NCBI GenBank assembly: GCA_963514005.1
Contig: OY740796.1
Span: 20,212,001 to 20,276,000 of the forward strand
DNA: 64,000 bases
Origin: Raja brachyura
Lineage: Eukaryota
Direction of reading: 5' to 3'
In this document: one piece after another, positions 40,148-51,080 of the stretch
Position numbering within the stretch: the first letter of the stretch is position 1
Layout of the letters: every line of letters begins with the position of its first letter
Notes under the pieces: generated by a model
What the model saw: only the letters and a program-made list of their open reading frames with translations
The model's database searches: none
What the model was told of the DNA's origin: nothing
Made by a program: the position numbers and the translations under genes

Positions 40148-40942
40148 CTGCAAGAAAACAAAATCCGGTTAAAACTCAAATAATGTTCCAGATTTAATCA
40201 GTAACAACTTGTATTAAAGTGAAGCATTTCTAATATGTCCTCGAAGGAACATAGGACAGTACAACGCAAGACCCACAATGTCTATGTTGAACATGATGCC
40301 AAGACCAACCCTTATCTGCCTGTACATAATCCATACCCCTCCATTCCCTGCATATCCATAAGCCCCTTAAACATCTCTTAAATGCCATTATCGTATCTGC
40401 CAGCAGGGCATTCCAGGCACTCCCCACCCTTTGTGTAAAAAAAAGTAAGATTAAACGAGAACTTACCAGTTCGAAGGTTGATCTTTATTTTATGAGGAGT
40501 TGCGGTGAGGGATTTCGTGAAGACCCCGCCAACACGCATGCGCGGCATCCTTCAAAGCAGCGGTGTGGAATCACAGACCCGACCAAAAGTAAAGATATTA
40601 AGATTAACCCTTTGAACTAACCAGTTGAACATAATGATCGAGGGTTGGGAGCGGAGGGCACGAAATCCCTCACCGCAACTCCTCATAAAATAAAGATCAA
40701 CCTTCGAACTGGTAAGTTCTCGTTTAATCTTACTATTTTACTTCGGAGTCACGTGAGTGACTTCGTGAAGATTTCAAAGCTCTGTGATTACACGCCCTGG
40801 ACAACGTCCATGCTACCACACTGCCGCAATCCTGATGGAGGAAGTTTGTTAATGCAATCCAGACTGGACAAGCTGAAAGCAAAATAATGGAGATTTATTA
40901 ACACAAATCATAAACAAACCCCCTGGCTGGGAACAAATGACA

Positions 40943-41906
40943 TTAGGGAGCAGCCCTGAGTACTGCATCCGCATATGTTGCAGGTCCGGCCAATGGCTTG
41001 TGGTAAAACCGCTGGAAGGTTGTCTCACTGGCCCATCCTGCTGTAGCGAGGACGTGATCCATGGGCACCTCCATGGCCCTCGCTGTTGATGTGGATGCAG
41101 CCCTGGTGGAATGAGATTTAAAAATGTGAGTGTCAATACCTGCTTCATCCAACACCTCCCTGAACCACCTGGAGATTGTCTGCACTGTCACCCGGTGATG
41201 TGGTTTTTTGTGGCTTATGAGCAGTCCTTGTTCTGAGTTCCTGATTGGCTGGGTTGACTCGATGTAGTAACGGAGGTGGGCGACTGTGCAGAGTGTGGCA
41301 TCAGTGAGGTACGCCTGGAATTCCAATTGCAGCCCCGTAGTCCCGGGTCTATGCTGCTTTAGCAACTCTGCAACGTAAAAAGTTACTTTCCCAGGGGTAG
41401 AGAGCATATTGTCAATGCGCAACTTTTGAAGCGCCTGTACCCGCTGAGCAGATGTGAGTGCCATCAACATGACCACCTTTAGGGTGAGTCGGTGAAGTGG
41501 TAACCCCGCCATGGGAGACCATGATCTTAAAAGGGACAGGACCACTCCTGCATCCCAGACAACGTTATATCTGGGCCGTGGAGGGTTGGTATTAAATACA
41601 CCCCTCATGAATTTTGACACCAGATTGTTGGTCCCCACTCCTACTGGAAGGTACGAGGACAGCGCACTCCTGGCGCTATTGATGGCACTATAGCTGAGCC
41701 CATCATCGTAATGGAGGCCTGCCAGGAATTCCAGGACGTCAGGTATCGTAGCAGAATCATAGGAAACATTGTTCCTTGAGCAGAATAACTCCCATTTCCT
41801 GATCTGGGTCAGGTACTGCCGTCTGGTTAGATGTTCTGCATGATGCAGCGATTACATCCATGGCCCTCGATGAAATCCTGGTGTTTATAAGAGGCCTTTT
41901 CAGAAT
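40943..41906 (-). pseudogene. DIRS ORF3 tyrosine recombinase with a single +1 frameshift near 41828
   Basis: Catalytic residues R (SAQRV), HSTR, AGW and Y (QRFY) present. Removing one A from TCTAACCAGACGG joins ORF 41757..41939 to the downstream frame (...RTSTRRQYLTQIRKWELFC...LSYSAINSARSALS...). Confidence 0.9.
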
Positions 41907-43933
41907 CTGCAGATCAACAGGTTTAGACACCCGTGGCACGGATGCGACGCGCCAGTGACGGGATTAGTGATCAATCGCGGGTTGTTTGCAATTTGCACCC
42001 AAGGATGTTTGAACATCTGGGAGACCACCGGGTACCATGGTTGTGTCGGCCAGTCGGGTATTACCAGAATGCCTGACGCAGAGTCCAATTTGATTTTCTG
42101 CAATACCCGGCTGATGAGGCAGAATGGGGGAAATGCGTAGCAATACCATTTCCCCCAGTGGAGCGAAAAAGCATCCAACGCCACTGCCCCAGGGTCTGGT
42201 TCCCACGATACATACGTTGGTATCTGATGGTTCAACCTAGACGCAAATAGGTCAATATCTGGCATACCAAATTTTGTTACAATATCAGCAAACACATGGG
42301 GATTCAGCATCCACTCGATGTTATCATTGAACACTCGTGACCTGGTGTCCGCCACTGTATTGAGTATCCCCGGGAGGTACGTTGCTGATATCCAAATATC
42401 CCTTTTGATACACCAGAGCCAAATTGTATTTGCCAAATCATTACAAGATACTGACCTGATACCACCCATATGATTTATATATGCTACCACCGTGGTATTG
42501 TCTATTTGAAGGCGGACATGTGCATGACGCAAGTTACAGCAATACGCCCGTAACCTATGAAAACCCCCCAGCATCTCCAGATAATTAATGCCTTGTACTT
42601 GGAGAAGGGTGAACTCATGAGCGTCCCATCTACCACCGCAGCTGGTTATGGTGTCAGTTGCTCCCCAGCCTTGTGCGCTTGCATCAGTTTGCAACAGAAC
42701 TGTTGGATTTGGGAGAAGGATGGGTTTGGAACTTCCTCTTATACCGTGAACCCACCAGTTCAACTCGGCCTTTTCCCCTATGCCCAGTTGCATTGGTCGG
42801 TCAAAATGTCCCGCATTCAATTTTAACGCCAGAATTTTGCTTGTTTGTAATTTCCGGTAGTGTAATGGACCATAATTTACAGCTGGGAACGTAGCTACCA
42901 GCTTCCCAATTACCCTTGCAACCTGCCGAATGGTTGGCCTGTTGCTGTCAAGTAAACTGATGCATGCGTGTTGAATGTCCACCACTTTGTCAATTGGGAC
43001 GGTGACTTTCATCTGGTTAATGTCTATAGTGAACCCCAAATAGTCCATGACCTGCGAAGGGTTGAACTTGGATTTGTCTGGATGGATTAGAAACCCCATC
43101 CTTTGAAACAAAGAGATGGCGGCTGAGACTGCCAGCTGGGCTAGCGCTAGGGTTTCCCCCGCTATGAATATGTCATCTAAATATGCCATAATGATATGGT
43201 TTTGTTTCCTAAGATGTGCCAATATAGGTTTAACAAGTTTGGTAAATAGTCTCGACGCTGTTGTAATCCCATTAGGCAAAGCTTTATATTGCCATAATTG
43301 ACCTTCCCAGACAAATTTCAAGAACCTTCTATGTTGTTTAGCGATAGGCACTGTATAATATGCATCCTTGAGGTCAATGCAAGCCATAAAGTACCCATGA
43401 CTGACCAACTGCTTGGCTGTCTCAAACGTCTCCATTTTGAAATGGGTATATTGTACGAAAGCATTCAACTGGGTTAAGTCGATGATAATCCGACAGCCTC
43501 CATCCTTCTTGGTTCTAGTAAAGATGTTGGATACAAACTCCAATGGCTCATGCGTCGTTTTCTGTATCACCCCTTTTTCTTCCAATCGTAGTATCTCAAC
43601 ATGAGCCCGCTCCTTCTCTAATTGAGAGAGTGCAAATCTGCGACTAGGCTCATGTTGCGAAGGGGGATCCCTGCCATTAATAAACTCTATCTCATAACCC
43701 TGAATGCTTTGTAAAATAAAAGGATCCGTAGTTATGGTATCCCAGGCAGACCGGAATTCCCGTAGCCGACCCCCCACCGGTGAGGTTACTATTGCTACTT
43801 TATGGAAGGAACCAAGCCCCCTTACCTCCAAGGTCAGCGCCGGGGTCTGGACTGTGGTGTTTTTGCTCCCCGTGTGGCATGGCCCTGTTGCCGCATCTTC
43901 CAAGCTGGCTTGGGCTGGCCTTGGAATAAAAAA
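41900..43933 (-). CDS. DIRS ORF2: reverse transcriptase - RNase H - adenine-methyltransferase-like domain (no initiating ATG; -1 frame relative to gag)
   Basis: RT: IDLKDAYY, ALPNG, YLDD, YLG. RNase H: TDAS, INYLE, IDNTT, NTVAD. MT-like: IDLFAS...YAFPPF. No stops; the ORF-track start at 43903 is TTG. Confidence 0.95.
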   Translation of the reverse strand, partial: FFIPRPAQASLEDAATGPCHTGSKNTTVQTPALTLEVRGLGSFHKVAIVTSPVGGRLREFRSAWDTITTDPFILQSIQGYEIEFINGRDPPSQHEPSRRFALSQLEKERAHVEILRLEEKGVIQKTTHEPLEFVSNIFTRTKKDGGCRIIIDLTQLNAFVQYTHFKMETFETAKQLVSHGYFMACIDLKDAYYTVPIAKQHRRFLKFVWEGQLWQYKALPNGITTASRLFTKLVKPILAHLRKQNHIIMAYLDDIFIAGETLALAQLAVSAAISLFQRMGFLIHPDKSKFNPSQVMDYLGFTIDINQMKVTVPIDKVVDIQHACISLLDSNRPTIRQVARVIGKLVATFPAVNYGPLHYRKLQTSKILALKLNAGHFDRPMQLGIGEKAELNWWVHGIRGSSKPILLPNPTVLLQTDASAQGWGATDTITSCGGRWDAHEFTLLQVQGINYLEMLGGFHRLRAYCCNLRHAHVRLQIDNTTVVAYINHMGGIRSVSCNDLANTIWLWCIKRDIWISATYLPGILNTVADTRSRVFNDNIEWMLNPHVFADIVTKFGMPDIDLFASRLNHQIPTYVSWEPDPGAVALDAFSLHWGKWYCYAFPPFCLISRVLQKIKLDSASGILVIPDWPTQPWYPVVSQMFKHPWVQIANNPRLITNPVTGASHPCHGCLNLLICRF

Positions 43934-45618
43934 GGCTTCTGCTGTTGGGGCCCCGGCGTGGAGAATGTTGATTGTGGGTATGTTCTGGGGACCCTGTCTG
44001 CCGGTGTGCGGGACCTGACCGAGGAATGTGGCTGCTGCCTGGTGTAAACGTGAGCCTTAGATGAATGAGGCTGCCTCATCATCCCCACAGTCTTGGCCTC
44101 CTCGTCCAGTTCTTTTACCCGCTTAGGTAGGTCTTCCCCAAACAGCTGCCTTGGTGGTGGTGCGGTGGAGGTGCTGCATAATCCCGCAAATTTGGGATTT
44201 AAATTTGGCCGGATGGAGCTTTTCCTAAAACAGTTTATCTCAAACCGAGTGTTGCACAAGAGCGCTAGTGCATCCTGCTGCTCCTCGGAAACACTCGTGG
44301 CATCCAGAGGCCGAGCGAAAGCCGTGATACCCGCCGTCAGCAGTTTCAGGATCTTCTGGCCCTCCTTGATCCTTGTATTAGTAGACATGTTCCCCCATAT
44401 CGCTGTATTCACCTTAGGAACGTTGAGGGAGTTGCAGTTCGCCGGTGCTTTGTATCTGGCCATTGTTTCCGTGAGCACGGTATCCTGGAGCTGGTGCGTA
44501 GTCAGAAAATCAATCGAAGCCGCTATCTTGGGATGTAATGGGTCCCCAGCGGTAGCAGGCGACCCAAACTTCGAGACTGCCTGCAACATTTCCTGTGGGG
44601 CGTTGAGCTCTCCCTCCTCCTCAGACTCACCCATACTGCCTAGCTGGCTCTCAAGCGATGGTGAGATGGAAGGTGGCGGCTGTGCGTAGCTCCCAGAGCT
44701 CTGGGACTGCCGTTCCTGATGCTCCAGGTCCCGTTTGTAGAGCACCTCCACCATACGCTCCAACCGGGCCATACGACCGTCACCGCTGCACGCGGGCCAC
44801 TGGTCGTCTTCCCCAGCCTCTCCAGAGGAACCGGGGCTTCCGGCAGTTGTCAGCACCCCCACGGAATGCACTGCCAGGAAGTCGCCAGCTCCCGCTCCAG
44901 CGGGGCTGTGCGACTCCCGCACGGACATACCGCTGGTCCGCCGTCGTTTGGACAGCAGCGGCCCCTCTGTCTGGTGGGAGGGAAGAGGGCTTGAGTCAGT
45001 GCTTGTACCAGAAGCCAGACTCCTCGATGTCCGTGCAGGCTTACCACCACAGTGTTCCACACATAAACGGGAATGTGGCGGCGCATGGTCTGTTATACCC
45101 GCCTCAGCAGGAGTGCTAGACCGTACTTTGCTGCCACCGGCCCGCACTACGGCAGCCTGTTCCGGTGGTGTGCCGGTACATCCTGCCCCCACAGGGATCC
45201 TCGGCACGCCAGCATTGCCACTGGTCTGCTTCCTTGCAGGTTTACCCAGTGGCTTGTCAGTGCCTGCCGAACCGACAAGGCTGGACTTTAGCGAGGCTTC
45301 CCCCCTGTTCTGCCCACGAGGGACCTCTAAAGGGGGGGATGCACTCGCAGACACGCTTGCTCCAAGAGCCCCACGTGCCTTACCTCCAGCCCTGGACTTG
45401 GGCACTGGAGGCCTGGAGTCAGGGTCTCCCAGCCCCTGCTCCGGCGCGGACACCCTCTTCTTTGCCAGATGGGTTGTGCCGGGTCTAGTCAGCTGCCCAG
45501 AGCTCCCCGACTTCCGCGACTTCCTCCCCGGTGGTGTCTCAGCTGCTCCCGATGTAGCGGGCAGCTCCGGGGACTGCACTCGCTGAACGCGACTCTTAAT
45601 GCTCCTTCCTCCTTCCAT
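43834..45618 (-). CDS. DIRS ORF1 (gag-like)
   Basis: Long uninterrupted ORF from gccATGG at 45618. Low-complexity N-terminus, then a conserved-looking PANCNSLNVPKVNTAIW...LFGEDL region as in DIRS ORF1 proteins. Confidence 0.85.
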   Translation of the reverse strand: MEGGRSIKSRVQRVQSPELPATSGAAETPPGRKSRKSGSSGQLTRPGTTHLAKKRVSAPEQGLGDPDSRPPVPKSRAGGKARGALGASVSASASPPLEVPRGQNRGEASLKSSLVGSAGTDKPLGKPARKQTSGNAGVPRIPVGAGCTGTPPEQAAVVRAGGSKVRSSTPAEAGITDHAPPHSRLCVEHCGGKPARTSRSLASGTSTDSSPLPSHQTEGPLLSKRRRTSGMSVRESHSPAGAGAGDFLAVHSVGVLTTAGSPGSSGEAGEDDQWPACSGDGRMARLERMVEVLYKRDLEHQERQSQSSGSYAQPPPSISPSLESQLGSMGESEEEGELNAPQEMLQAVSKFGSPATAGDPLHPKIAASIDFLTTHQLQDTVLTETMARYKAPANCNSLNVPKVNTAIWGNMSTNTRIKEGQKILKLLTAGITAFARPLDATSVSEEQQDALALLCNTRFEINCFRKSSIRPNLNPKFAGLCSTSTAPPPRQLFGEDLPKRVKELDEEAKTVGMMRQPHSSKAHVYTRQQPHSSVRSRTPADRVPRTYPQSTFSTPGPQQQKPFLFQGQPKPAWKMRQQGHATRGAKTPQSRPRR

Positions 45619-45814
45619 GGCCCTGCAAACAATACAGAGCACACGAACCAGCTAAAGGTTAACTTACCTGCAGCTGCTTACCTTTTTGAAGGAGCCGGTT
45701 GAGGGAACGCACTCCCCCCACCAGCTGCCGTGAGCAAATGCGCGCGACGATATGTCGCGCATGCGTGTTGGCGGGGTCTTCACGAAGTCACTCACGTGAC
45801 TCCGAAGTAAAATA

Positions 45815-47175
45815 TATAATTTGCCCCGCACATCTCCTTTAAACTTAGTCTCTCTCACCTTACATTTATACCCTCTACAGATTAATGTTTCCATTCTGTG
45901 AAAAAAAGGTTCTAACTGTCTACACTATCTATGTCTCCCAATTTTACATACTTCTATTGGTCTCCCCACAACCTCCAGCATTCTAGGGAAAAAAACCCAG
46001 GTCTGTCCAATACCCCGACCATCATTCCAGTAATTTGGAACTTCTGCACATTTCTAAAGCCTCCAAATTTTTCCTGTAATGGTGCGACCAGAACTGTGAA
46101 CAATACTCCAAATGCAGCCTAACCAAAGGCCTTTATAGCTGTATCATGACTTCCTCTTACAATCAATGTCTCGACTTCTGAAAGCAAGCATACCATTTGC
46201 CCTCTTTATCACTCTATCTACTTACGTTGCCACTTGCACAGAGTTATGGACTTGGATCCCACAATCCCTCTGTACATCAATGCTGTTATAGTCATGTCAT
46301 TAATTGTACATTTTCCCCTTGCATTTGATTCCCAAAGTACACCTCACGCTTGGATTAAACTCCATCTGCCATTTCTCCACCCATTTCAGTAGCTGATCTA
46401 TGTCCTACTGCATACTTTGGCAGCCTTCCTCACAGTTCGCAACCCTAGCAATCTTGGTGTCATCTGCAAACTTACTAATGAACCTGTCTTTGTTTGCGTC
46501 CAACTCATTTATATATATCACAAACAGCAGAGATCCCAGTACAGAAGCTGCGGAACTCCACTGGTCACAGATCTCCAGCCTGAATATCGTCCTTCCACCA
46601 CAACCCCATCTTCTAACCATAAGCCAGTTATGGATCCACACAACCAAGTCACTGTTAACCCTGTGCATCTTAATCTTCCAGATCAGCCTACCATGGGGGA
46701 TTTTATCAAAAGCTTTAGAAAAATTCCATGTAGATAACATTCACTGCCCTACCTCATCACCTTTGTCACCTCCTCAAAAAACTCGATCAAGTTAGTAAGA
46801 CACAACCTGTCGTGTGCAAAGTGACGCTGACTGACTGTGCCTAATTAACCTATTCTTCCAAATGGGAGTAAATCCTGTCCTGAAAAATGGTCTACAATAG
46901 CATCCCTACCATTAACACAAAGCGCACAGGCTTATAATTCCGTGGATCCTGCCTACTTCCCTCCTTAAATAAACGAACAACATTAGCTACTCTCCAGTCC
47001 TCGGAACCCCGTCTGTGGCTTGAGAAAGCAAGGATCTTTGTTAAGGCTCCTGCAAACTCCTTTCTTGCCCCTCTCAATAACCTGGAATAGATCCCATGAG
47101 GTCCTGGGGGGTTATCCATTTTAATGCTCCTCAGGAGCTCAAAACACTGCCTTCTCAAACTTCCCTTGCATATTA
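45815..47175 (-). mobile_element. CR1 (HER1-like) LINE fragment; its 3' tail continues at 40230-40443 beyond the DIRS insertion
   Basis: NYKPV, FSKAFDKIPHGRL, SVLGSLLFVIYINELD, SKFADDTKI; tail SAWNAL... Confidence 0.9.
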
Positions 47176-47573
47176 GCTTTTTTTCAAAGAATCCATTTCA
47201 CGTCTTAATCAAGTCCAAAAAACCAAACTGATGTGAGTTACTGTGGAGGTGATATTCTACAGATGCAACGCTAAAATGCTAAACAATTATTCCACTCGCT
47301 TACCGTAATGATTCAGATGTAAATTATAGAGCACAATGCATTATTCAAACCAGGGCAGAGATCTGTGATGCCATCTGTACAATTGCCTTTTTGGTTAATT
47401 CATAATACTGATATACGTCATGTATTTCTTATTCTTGTGCGTGACGAATTGCACTGTCCAAAATAGCTGCCAAGTACACCCACGGTAACTATATTTAAAA
47501 ACCAATTTAATGTACATAGAGATTGGATAGATATGATGCAATGTGATAAACCAGTGTCAAAGCAAATACGTTA

Positions 47574-47788
47574 TGCCCCTGTCCCACTTAGGAAACCTGA
47601 AGGGAAGCTTCTGGAGTCTTTGCGCCCCACCCAATGTTTCTGTGCAGTTCCTGGAGGTTTTTGTCAGTCTCCCTAATGGTCAAAAGTGGTTTCCGCTTCT
47701 TCAATGATCCGGCGATTATTTCAAAAAATTGAAAAAACCTCCGGGAACCTGACAAAAACCTCCGGGTTTCCTAAGTGGGACAGGGGCA
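47574..47788. mobile_element. PIF/Harbinger-type MITE
   Basis: Perfect 24-bp TIRs TGCCCCTGTCCCACTTAGGAAACC; TTA TSD. Confidence 0.88.
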
Positions 47789-47791
47789 TTA

Positions 47792-48671
47792 CATAGAATG
47801 TAGGACAGTGCAGCATAGGAACAAGCCCCATGGCCCACAATGTATGTGCTGAACATGTTCCTAAAGTACACCAATCCCTTCTGCCCGAATTATTCATTCT
47901 CTTTCATTCCCTGCATATTTACGTACCTATCCAACAGCCTCTTTAACTACTGTATCTGCTTCCACCACAACCCCTGGCATCACATTTCAAGCCCTAACAC
48001 TCTCCGGGTAAAAATAACTTGCTCTCTACATCCTCTTTAAACTACCCCTCTCACAATAAAGTTATGCCCTTTCATATTTGAAATTTCCACCCTGGGAAAA
48101 ATATTCTGACAGTCTAGCCTATCTGTGCCTTATAATTTAATAAACTGTGTCTAGCCTACCTATATAGCTAATACTCTAATGAAGGCAACATCCTGGTAAA
48201 CTTCTTCTGCACCCTCTCCAAAGCCTCCATGCCCCTCCTATAATGGAATACAACCAGAACTTCATACAATATGCGGCCCAACTAAGGTTCTACAAAGCTG
48301 CAGCATAACTTCCTGACTCTTATACGCAATGCCCCAATCGATAAATGCAAGCATATAATTTGACTTCTTTCCCACTAACTCCTCCTGTTGCTGCTTTCCA
48401 AGACTTATGGACCCCAAGAATTCTCTGAACATCATTGCTGTTGAGGGCAATACCATAAATTGTATTAATTCCCTCTACATTTGACCTTCCAACATGCAAT
48501 ACCTCACACATTCCAGGTTTAAACTCCATATGCCATTTCTCCACCCACATCCGTACCTAATTTATACTATTATATCTCCAATGGCATCTTCACAGTCCGT
48601 AACTTCGCCAATTTTTGTACCGTCTACAAACTTACTAACCAATCCGTCTACATTTTCGTCTTTTATATATA
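47792..48671 (-). mobile_element. CR1 LINE 3' fragment (continues at ~51081-51210 beyond the Tc1)
   Basis: SKFVDGTKIG, WHMEFKPGMCEVLH, YKSQEVMLQLCRTLV motifs. Confidence 0.88.
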
Positions 48672-51080
48672 CAGTGCCCTCCATAATGTTCGGGACAAAG
48701 ACCCACCATTTATTTATTTGCATCTGTACTTCACTTGAGATTTGTAATAGAAAAAAATCACATGTGGTTAAAGTGCACATTGTCAGTTTTTAATAAAGGC
48801 CATTTTTATACATTTTGGTTTCACATGTAGAAATTACAGCAGTGTTGATACATAGTCTCCCCATTTCATGGCACCATAATGTTTGGGACACAGCAATGTC
48901 ATGTAAATGAAATTAGTCATGTTAGTATTTTGTTGCATATCCTTTGCATGCAATGACTGCCTGAAGTCTGCGATTCATGGACATCACCAGTTGCTGGGTG
49001 TCTTCTCTGGTGATGCTCTGCCAGGCCTGTATTGCAGCCATCTTTAGCTTATGCTAGTTTTAAGGGTGGTTAGACCCCTTCAGTTTTCCCCTCGGCATAT
49101 AAAAGGCATGCTCAATTGGGTTCAGATCGGGTGATTGACTTGGCCACTCAAAAATTGACCATTCTTTAGCTTTGAAAAACTCCTTTGGTGCTTTAGCTGT
49201 ATGTTTGGGATCATTGGCTTGCTGTAGAATGAACCGCCGGCCAATGAGTTGAGGCATTTGTTTGTACTTGAGCAGATAGGTTGTGTCTATACACATCAGA
49301 ATTCATTATGCTACTACCATCAGCAGTTGTATCATCAATGAAGATAAGTGGGCCAGTACTTTCGGCAGCCATACATGCCCAGGCAATAACTCCCCTACCA
49401 CCGTGTTTCACAGATGAGGTGGTATGCTTTGGATTTTGGGCAGTTCTTTCTCTCCTCCATAATTTGCTCTTCACCATCATTCTGCTATGTTAATCTTCAA
49501 GTTCACGTTTATGGTTATTGTCACTTAACCAACTAAGGTAGAGAAATTTGAGTTACCATACAGCATACTAAGTGAAAAGCAATAGTACACAAAGCCACAT
49601 AAAACTAAAATTTAACATAAACATCCACCACAGTGGAATCAACATTCCTCACTGTGATGGAAGGCAATAAAGTTCAGTCATCTTCCTGTTTGCTCACCCA
49701 ACGTCGGGGCATTTGAACCCTCTGCACTTGCCGCTGCAGACGGTCCGCTGTTCAAGCCCTCTCATCGGGATAATCGAAACTCCAGTGTCGGAATGGATTG
49801 GAACACTCCGCGGCATGAGGCTCCCGAGTCGGCCGCTTCTTACTGGAGACCGCGGCTTCACGGTGTTAAAGTCCACAGGCGCTGCGGTTGGAGCTCCGCT
49901 GGCGACCCGCAGCAAAGGATCGCAGCTCCCGATGTTAAAGTCTGTGCCGCGCCCATGGCTTGAATCTCCGGGCCGGTCTCCAGGAAAGGCCGCACCACTC
50001 CACATTGTAGGTCGCAGGGGAGGACGGAGATGCGACATGGAGGGAAATTATTATTTTTTAAATGGCATCTCTGTTGAGGTAAATGGCTGAACAAAATTTC
50101 TCCCGATTCTCTCCCCTCCCCCCCCCCCCCCCCCCCCACATGAAACAAATCAAGAAACACTAAATCATACTTTTAAAACATACTTTAAATAATAAAAACA
50201 GAGTGGGGACTGACAGACTGTTGGCTAGGCAGCCACCACGGTGGTGCCGCCCGATGGACATATCTTTGTCTCATCTGTCCACAAAGCATTTTTCCAAAAC
50301 TGTGATTGCTCTTTTAAGTACTTCTTGGCAAACGGTAGCCTGGCCATCCGATTTTTGCGGCTAACCAGTGGTTTGCCTCTTGCAGTGTAGCCTCTGTATT
50401 TCTGTTCATGAAGTCTTCTGCAGACAGTGGTCATTGACAAATCCACACCGGACTCCTGAAGAGTGTTTCTGATCTGTCGAACAGGTGTTGGGGATTTTTC
50501 TTTATTACACAGAGAATTATTCTGTCATCAGCAGGTCATCCTTGGCCTGCCAGTCCCTTTGCGATTAGTAAGCTCACCAGTGCTTTCTTTCTTCTTAATG
50601 ATGTTCCAAACAGTTGATTTTGGTAAGCCTAAGGTTTGGCTGATGTCTCTAACAGTTTTCTTCTTGTTTCTCAGTCTCATAATGACTTCTTTGACTATCA
50701 TTGGCACAACTTTGGTCCTCATGTTGATAAACAGCAATAAAAGTTTTTAAAGGTGATGGAAAGACTGGAGGAAAGGCTAGGTGCTGAGAGCTCTCTTATA
50801 CCTGCATTAAGGAGGCAATTAAACATACCTGTGCAATTACAAACTCCTGTGAAGCCATGTGTCCCAAACATTATGGTGCCATGAAATGGGGGGGTGCTAT
50901 GTATAAATTGAGCTGTAATTTATACAAGGTGAAACCAAATGTATAAATTGCCTTTATTAAAATCTGACAATGTGCACTTTAACCAGATGTGTTTTTTTCT
51001 ATTAAAAATCTCAAATTGTGGAGTACAGAGGCAAATAAATAAATGATGGGTCTTTGTCCCAAACATTATGGAGGGCACTA
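48672..51080 (-). mobile_element. Second copy of the same Tc1 family, interrupted by a 764-bp insertion and itself inserted in a CR1 fragment
   Basis: Same TIRs with TA at the left flank. Transposase pieces in ORFs 50528..50737 (paired-type HTH), 50225..50446 (WTDETK) and 49060..49480 ([12 protein letters not shown]). Confidence 0.95.
49498..50261 (-). mobile_element. GC-rich ~760-bp non-coding insertion (family X, copy 1) inside the Tc1 transposase
   Basis: Flanked by ATCTT / ATCTT; shares sequence blocks with 52044-52791. Confidence 0.7.

Larger units (their letters stand above)
40444..45814 (-). mobile_element. Full-length DIRS1-type tyrosine-recombinase retrotransposon (~5.37 kb) in an ARIH2 intron, inserted into a CR1 fragment
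   Basis: gag-like, RT/RNaseH/MT and YR ORFs. Inverted terminal repeats 40514-40544 and 45756-45786. Internal complementary region 40659-40771: 40659-40734 is the exact reverse complement of 40444-40519, and 40735-40771 of 45777-45813. AT-rich junctions without an obvious TSD. Confidence 0.97.

Noticed and set aside
40943-43903. RT + methyltransferase + recombinase read as a prokaryotic retron/phage system or contamination
   Set aside because: Domain order, ITRs and ICR are those of DIRS1 retrotransposons, and the element is cleanly embedded in a host CR1 fragment within an ARIH2 intron.
44093-45586. Several 150-212 aa plus-strand ORFs
   Set aside because: Antisense to the GC-rich DIRS gag; no recognisable motifs.
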